Positions 57,836 through 64,000 of a stretch of 64,000 nt of DNA are shown here, piece after piece (position 1 is the first letter of the stretch; the number at the start of each line of letters is the position of its first letter). The notes beneath the pieces are model-generated. The model had not been told where the DNA came from. It made no database searches and worked only from the letters and a program-made list of their open reading frames with translations. A program made the position numbers and the translations under genes. Source of the stretch: Yuukianura sp. NJ FZ-2021. Taxonomy: Eukaryota. The DNA is taken from the NCBI GenBank assembly GCA_046563655.1, contig JAJCTO010000012.1, positions 186,001 through 250,000 of the forward strand, read 5' to 3'.

Positions 57836-60800
57836 CATGCAAATGTGAGAATGAACAGAAAGTAAATTACATTTTTGAAATCCTCATAAAAAGTGCTACA
57901 GGAACCTACTTTCACTTGCTGTGTCGTCCCTCATCTTGTTACCTTTATTTATGAAAATTTATGTTTCAAAACAAAGAATTCAAAAGAAATGCATTCCGGA
58001 ACGATGCTGGGTAAAAGTCAACTATATTTTTGAAATCCTCATAAAGAGGGCTACAGGAACCCACTTTCACTTGCTGTGTCGTCCCTCATCTTGTTACCTT
58101 TATTTATGAAAATTTATTTCAAAACAAATCATTCGAAAAACTCCCACGCGTAGCAATGCCGGGAGAAAATGAGTTACTTTTCTGAAATCCTCCTGAAAAG
58201 TACTACAGGAACCCAAGTTTAATTGGCGTGGATAGATCGCAATTAAATCCGGTTAGAGCGTACTTAAAAGTCTGGATGAACCGCTCTGCCTCGGATTTTA
58301 TCTTGGGTTGGTATGCGCCACCCAAGGCAATGTCGAGCACCATTTTGACGCAAAAACGACTTAAATTTGTGAGAATGAACATGCAAATGTGAGAATGAAC
58401 AGAAAGTAAAATACATTTTTGATATCCTCATAAAAAGTGCTACAGGAACCCACTTTCACTTGCTGTGTCGTCCCTCATCTTGTTACCTTTATTTATGAAA
58501 ATTCATGTTTCAAAACAAAGAATTCAAAAGAAATGCATTCCGGAACGATGCCTCGTATTTTATCTTGGGTTGGTATGCGCTACCCAGGGTAATGTCGAGC
58601 ACCATTTTGACGCAAAAACGACTTAAATTTGTGAGAATGAACAGAAAGTAAATTACATTTTCGAAATCCTCATAAAAAGGGCTACAGGAACCCACCTTCA
58701 CTTGCTGTGTCGTCCCTCATCTTGTTACCTTTATTTATGAAAATTCATGTTTCAAAACCAAGAATTCAAAAGGAATGCATTCCGGAACGATGCCTCGTAT
58801 TTTATCTTGGGTTGGTATGCGCCACCCAAGGCAATGTGGAGCACCATTTTGACGCAAAAACGACTTAAATTTGTGAGAATGAACATGCAAATGCGAGAAT
58901 GAACAGAAAGTAAAATACATTTTTGAAATCCTCATAAAAAGTGCTACAGGAACCCACTTTCACTTGCTGTGTCGTCCCTCATCTTGTTACCTTTATTTAT
59001 GAAAATTCATGTTTCATAACAAAGAATTCAAAAGAAATGCATTCCGGAACGATGCTGGGTAAAAGTCAACTATATTTTTGAAATCCTCATAAAAAGGGCT
59101 ACAGGAACCCACTTTCACTTGCTGTGTCGTCCCTCATCTTGTTACCTTTATTTATGAAAATTTATTTCAAAACAAATCATTCGAAAAACTCCCACGCGTA
59201 GCAATGCCGGGAGAAAATGAGTTACTTTTCTGAAATCTTCCTGAAAAGTACTACAGGAACCCAAGTTTAATTGGCGTGGATAGATCGCAATTAAATCCGG
59301 TTAGAGCGTACTTAAAGGTCTGGATGAACCGCTCTGCCTCGGATTTTATCTTGGGTTGGTGTGCGCCACCCAGGGCAATGTCGAGCACCATTTTGACGCA
59401 AAAACGACTTAAATTTGTGAGAATGAACAGAAAGTAAATTACATTTTCGAAATCCTCATAAAAAGTGCTACAGGAACCCACTTTCACTTGCTCTGTCGTC
59501 AGTCATCTTGTTACCTTTATTTATGAAAATTCATGGTTCAAAACAAAGAATTCAAAAGAAATGCATTCCGGAACGATGCTGGGTAAAAGTCAACTATATT
59601 TTTGAAATCCTCATAAAAAGTGCTACAGGAACCCACTTTCACTTGCTCTGTCGTCAGTCATCTTGTTACCTTTATTTATGAAAATTCATGTTTCAAAACA
59701 AAGAATTCAAAAGAAATGCATTCCGGAACAATGCTGGGTAAAAGTCAACTATATTTTTGAAATCCTCATAAAGAGGGCTACAGGAACCCACTTTCACTTG
59801 CTGTGTCGTCCCTCATCTTGTTACCTTTATTTATGAAAATTTATTTCAAAACAAATCATTCGAAAAACTCCCACGCGTAGCAATGCCGGGAGAAAATGAG
59901 TTACTTTTCTGAAATCTTCCTGAAAAGTACTACAGGAACCCAAGTTTAATTGGCGTGGATAGATCGCAATTAAATCCGGTTAGAGCGTACTTAAAAGTCT
60001 GGATGAACCGCTCTGCCTCGGATTTTATCTTGGGTTGGTGTGCGCCACCCAGGGCAATGTCGAGCACCATTTTGACGCAAAAACGACTTAAATTTGTGAG
60101 AATGAACAGAAAGTAAATTACATTTTCGAAATCCTCATAAAAAGTGCTACAGGAACCCACTTTCACTTGCTCTGTCGTCAGTCATCTTGTTACCTTTATT
60201 TATGAAAATTCATGGTTCAAAACAAAGAATTCAAAAGAAATGCATTCCGGAACGATGCTGGGTAAAAGTCAACTATATTTTTGAAATCCTCATAAAAAGT
60301 GCTACAGGAACCCACTTTCACTTGCTCTGTCGTCAGTCATCTTGTTACCTTTATTTATGAAAATTCATGTTTCAAAACAAAGAATTCAAAAGAAATGCAT
60401 TCCGGAACAATGCTGGGTAAAAGTCAACTATATTTTTGAAATCCTCATAAAGAGGGCTACAGGAACCCACTTTCACTTGCTGTGTCGTCCCTCATCTTGT
60501 TACCTTTATTTATGAAAATTTATTTCAAAACAAATCATTCGAAAAACTCCCACGCGTAGCAATGCCGGGAGAAAATGAGTTACTTTTCTGAAATCTTCCT
60601 GAAAAGTACTACAGGAACCCAAGTTTAATTGGCGTGGATAGATCGCAATTAAATCCGGTTAGAGCGTACTTAAAAGTCTGGATGAACCGCTCTGCCTCGG
60701 ATTTTATCTTGGGTTGGTGTGCGCCACCCAGGGCAATGTCGAGCACCATTTTGACGCAAAAACGACTTAAATTTGTGAGAATGAACATGCAAATGTGAGA

Positions 60801-63800
60801 ATGAACAGAAACTAAATTACATTTTTGAAATCCTCATAAAAAGTGCTACAGGAACCCACTTTCACTTGCTCTGTCGTCAGTCATCTTGTTACCTTTATTT
60901 ATGAAAATTCATTGTTTCAAAACAAAGAATTCAAAAGAAATGCATTCCGGAACGATGCTGGGTAAAAGTCAACTATATTTTTGAAATCCTCATAAAAAGT
61001 GCTACAGGAACCCACTTTCACTTGCTGTGTCGTCCCTCATCTTGTTACCTTTATTTATGAAAATTCATGTTTCAAAACAAAGAATTCAAAAGAAACGCAT
61101 TCCGGAACGATGCTGGGTAAAAGTAAATTACATTTTTGAAATTATCATAAAAAGTGCTACAGGAACCCACTTTCACTTGCTCTGTCGTCAGTCATCTTGT
61201 TACCTTTATTTATGAAAATTCATGGTTCAAAACAAAGAATTCAAAAGAAATGCATTCCGGAACGATGCTGGGTAAAAGTCAACTATATTTTTGAAATCCT
61301 CATAAAAAGTGCTACAGGAACCCACTTTCACTTGCTCTGTCGTCAGTCATCTTGTTACCTTTATTTATGAAAATTCATGTTTCAAAACAAAGAATTCAAA
61401 AGAAATGCATTCCGGAACAATGCTGGGTAAAAGTCAACTATATTTTTGAAATCCTCATAAAGAGGGCTACAGGAACCCACTTTCACTTGCTGTGTCGTCC
61501 CTCATCTTGTTACCTTTATTTATGAAAATTTATTTCAAAACAAATCATTCGAAAAACTCCCACGCGTAGCAATGCCGGGAGAAAATGAGTTACTTTTCTG
61601 AAATCTTCCTGAAAAGTACTACAGGAACCCAAGTTTAATTGGCGTGGATAGATCGCAATTAAATCCGGTTAGAGCGTACTTAAAAGTCTGGATGAACCGC
61701 TCTGCCTCGGATTTTATCTTGGGTTGGTGTGCGCCACCCAGGGCAATGTCGAGCACCATTTTGACGCAAAAACGACTTAAATTTGTGGGAATGAACATGC
61801 AAATGTGAGAATGAACAGAAAGTAAAATACATTTTTGATATCCTCATAAAAAGTGTTACAGGAACCCACTTTCACTTGCTGTGTCGTCCCTCATCTTGTT
61901 ACCTTTATTTATGAAAATTCATGTTTCAAAACAAAGAATTCAAAAGAAATGCATTCCGGAACGATGCCTCGTATTTTATCTTGGGTTGGTATGCGCTACC
62001 CAGGGTAATGTCGAGCACCATTTTGACGCAAAAACGACTTAAATTTGTGAGAATGAACAGAAAGTAAATTACATTTTCGAAATCCTCATAAAAAGGGCTA
62101 CAGGAACCCACCTTCACTTGCTATGTCGTCCCTCATCTTGTTACCTTTATTTATGAAAATTCATGTTTCAAAACCAAGAATTCAAAAGGAATGCATTCCG
62201 GAACGATGCCTCGTATTTTATCTTGGGTTGGTATGCGCCACCCAAGGCAATGTGGAGCACCATTTTGACGCAAAAACGACTTAAATTTGTGAGAATGAAC
62301 ATGCAAATGCGAGAATGAACAGAAAGTAAAATACATTTTTGAAATCCTCATAAAAAGTGCTACAGGAACCCACTTTCACTTGCTGTGTCGTCCCTCATCT
62401 TGTTACCTTTATTTATGAAAATTCATGTTTCATAACAAAGAATTCAAAAGAAATGCATTCCGGAACGATGCTGGGTAAAAGTCAACTATATTTTTGAAAT
62501 CCTCATAAAGAGGGCTACAGGAACCCACTTTCACTTGCTGTGTCGTCCCTCATCTTGTTACCTTTATTTATGAAAATTTATTTCAAAACAAATCATTCGA
62601 AAAACTCCCACGCGTAGCAATGCCGGGAGAAAATGAGTTACTTTTCTGAAATCTTCCTGAAAAGTACTACAGGAACCCAAGTTTAATTGGCGTGGATAGA
62701 TCGCAATTAAATCCGGTTAGAGCGTACTTAAAAGTCTGGATGAACCGCTCTGCCTCGGATTTTATCTTGGGTTGGTGTGCGCCACCCAGGGCAATGTCGA
62801 GCACCATTTTGACGCAAAAACGACTTAAATTTGTGAGAATGAACATGCAAATGTGAGAATGAACAGAAAGTAAAATACATTTTTGAAATCCTCATAAAAA
62901 GTGTTACAGGAACCCACTTTCACTTGCTGTGTCGTCCCTCATCTTGTTACCTTTATTTATGAAAATTCATGTTTCAAAACAAAGAATTCAAAAGAAATGC
63001 ATTCCGGAACGATGCCTCGTATTTTATCTTGGGTTGGTATGCGCTACCCAGGGTAATGTCGAGCACCATTTTGACGCAAAAACGACTTAAATTTGTGAGA
63101 ATGAACAGAAAGTAAATTACATTTTCGAAATCCTCATAAAAAGGGCTACAGGAACCCACCTTCACTTGCTGTGTCGTCCCTCATCTTGTTACCTTTATTT
63201 ATGAAAATTCATGTTTCAAAACCAAGAATTCAAAAGGAATGCATTCCGGAACGATGCCTCGTATTTTATCTTGGGTTGGTATGCGCCACCCAAGGCAATG
63301 TGGAGCACCATTTTGACGCAAAAACGACTTAAATTTGTGAGAATGAACATGCAAATGCGAGAATGAACAGAAAGTAAAATACATTTTTGAAATCCTCATA
63401 AAAAGTGCTACAGGAACCCACTTTCACTTGCTGTGTCGTCCCTCATCTTGTTACCTTTATTTATGAAAATTCATGTTTCATAAACAAAGAATTCAAAAGA
63501 AATGCATTCCGGAACGATGCTGGGTAAAAGTCAACTATATTTTTGAAATCCTCATAAAAAGGGCTACAGGAACCCACTTTCACTTGCTGTGTCGTCCCTC
63601 ATCTTGATACCTTTATTTATGAAAATTTATTTCAAAACAAATCATTCGAAAAACTCCCACGCGTAGCAATGCCGGGAGAAAATGAGTTACTTTTCTGAAA
63701 TCTTCCTGAAAAGTACTACAGGAACCCAAGTTTAATTGGCGTGGATAGATCGCAATTAAATCCGGTTAGAGCGTACTTAAAAGTCTGGATGAACCGCTCT

Positions 63801-64000
63801 GCCTCGGATTTTATCTTGGGTTGGTGTGCGCCACCCAGGGCAATGTCGAGCACCATTTTGACGCAAAAACGACTTAAATTTGTGAGAATGAACATGCAAA
63901 TGTGAGAATGAACAGAAACTAAATTACATTTTTGAAATCCTCATAAAAAGTGCTACAGGAACCCACTTTCACTTGCTCTGTCGTCAGTCATCTTGTTACC
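57836..64000. repeat. Satellite DNA array (block 4, runs off the window)
   Basis: Same monomer family; 679- and 1048-bp periodicities visible. Confidence 0.97.

Noticed and set aside
34509..64000. Dozens of 62-93 aa ORFs (MKVGSCS..., MSSLILL..., MFILTNL..., MRISK...)
   Set aside because: Translations of satellite monomers, mostly with non-ATG starts, recurring with the repeat period; no domain signal
34509..64000. CRISPR-like appearance of a constant motif with alternating intervening segments
   Set aside because: The intervening segments are themselves repeated (four types, not unique spacers); eukaryotic context; no cas genes

Overview
Eukaryotic (probably invertebrate/arthropod) satellite-DNA locus. 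About 30 kb is an AT-rich tandem satellite built from related ~152-262-bp monomers arranged in higher-order repeats, resembling centromeric or pericentromeric DNA. Four LTR retroelements are inserted into it. (A) A + strand Ty3/Gypsy element at 1247-~8098, 3'-truncated. (B) A - strand Ty3/Gypsy element at 10599-34508 (TSD TTAT). (C) A 12.9-kb - strand env-bearing Gypsy element at 14729-27624 (TSD AACT, near-identical LTRs), nested in the pol gene of B. (D) A non-coding element with 175-bp LTRs at 55000-57835 (TSD CATG). The most striking observation is the accessory cargo. Element A carries an intronless Rrp6/EXOSC10-type DEDDy exonuclease + HRDC gene with intact catalytic residues after pol. 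The clearly distinct element C carries a very divergent, apparently catalytically dead copy of the same exonuclease+HRDC architecture after env. Element C also carries a membrane-type matrix metalloproteinase (M10 + hemopexin + TM) upstream of gag. The 3' accessory ORFs are preceded by splice-acceptor-like signals (clear in B and C, weaker in A). All family assignments are by-eye motif recognition and need HMM or structure confirmation.
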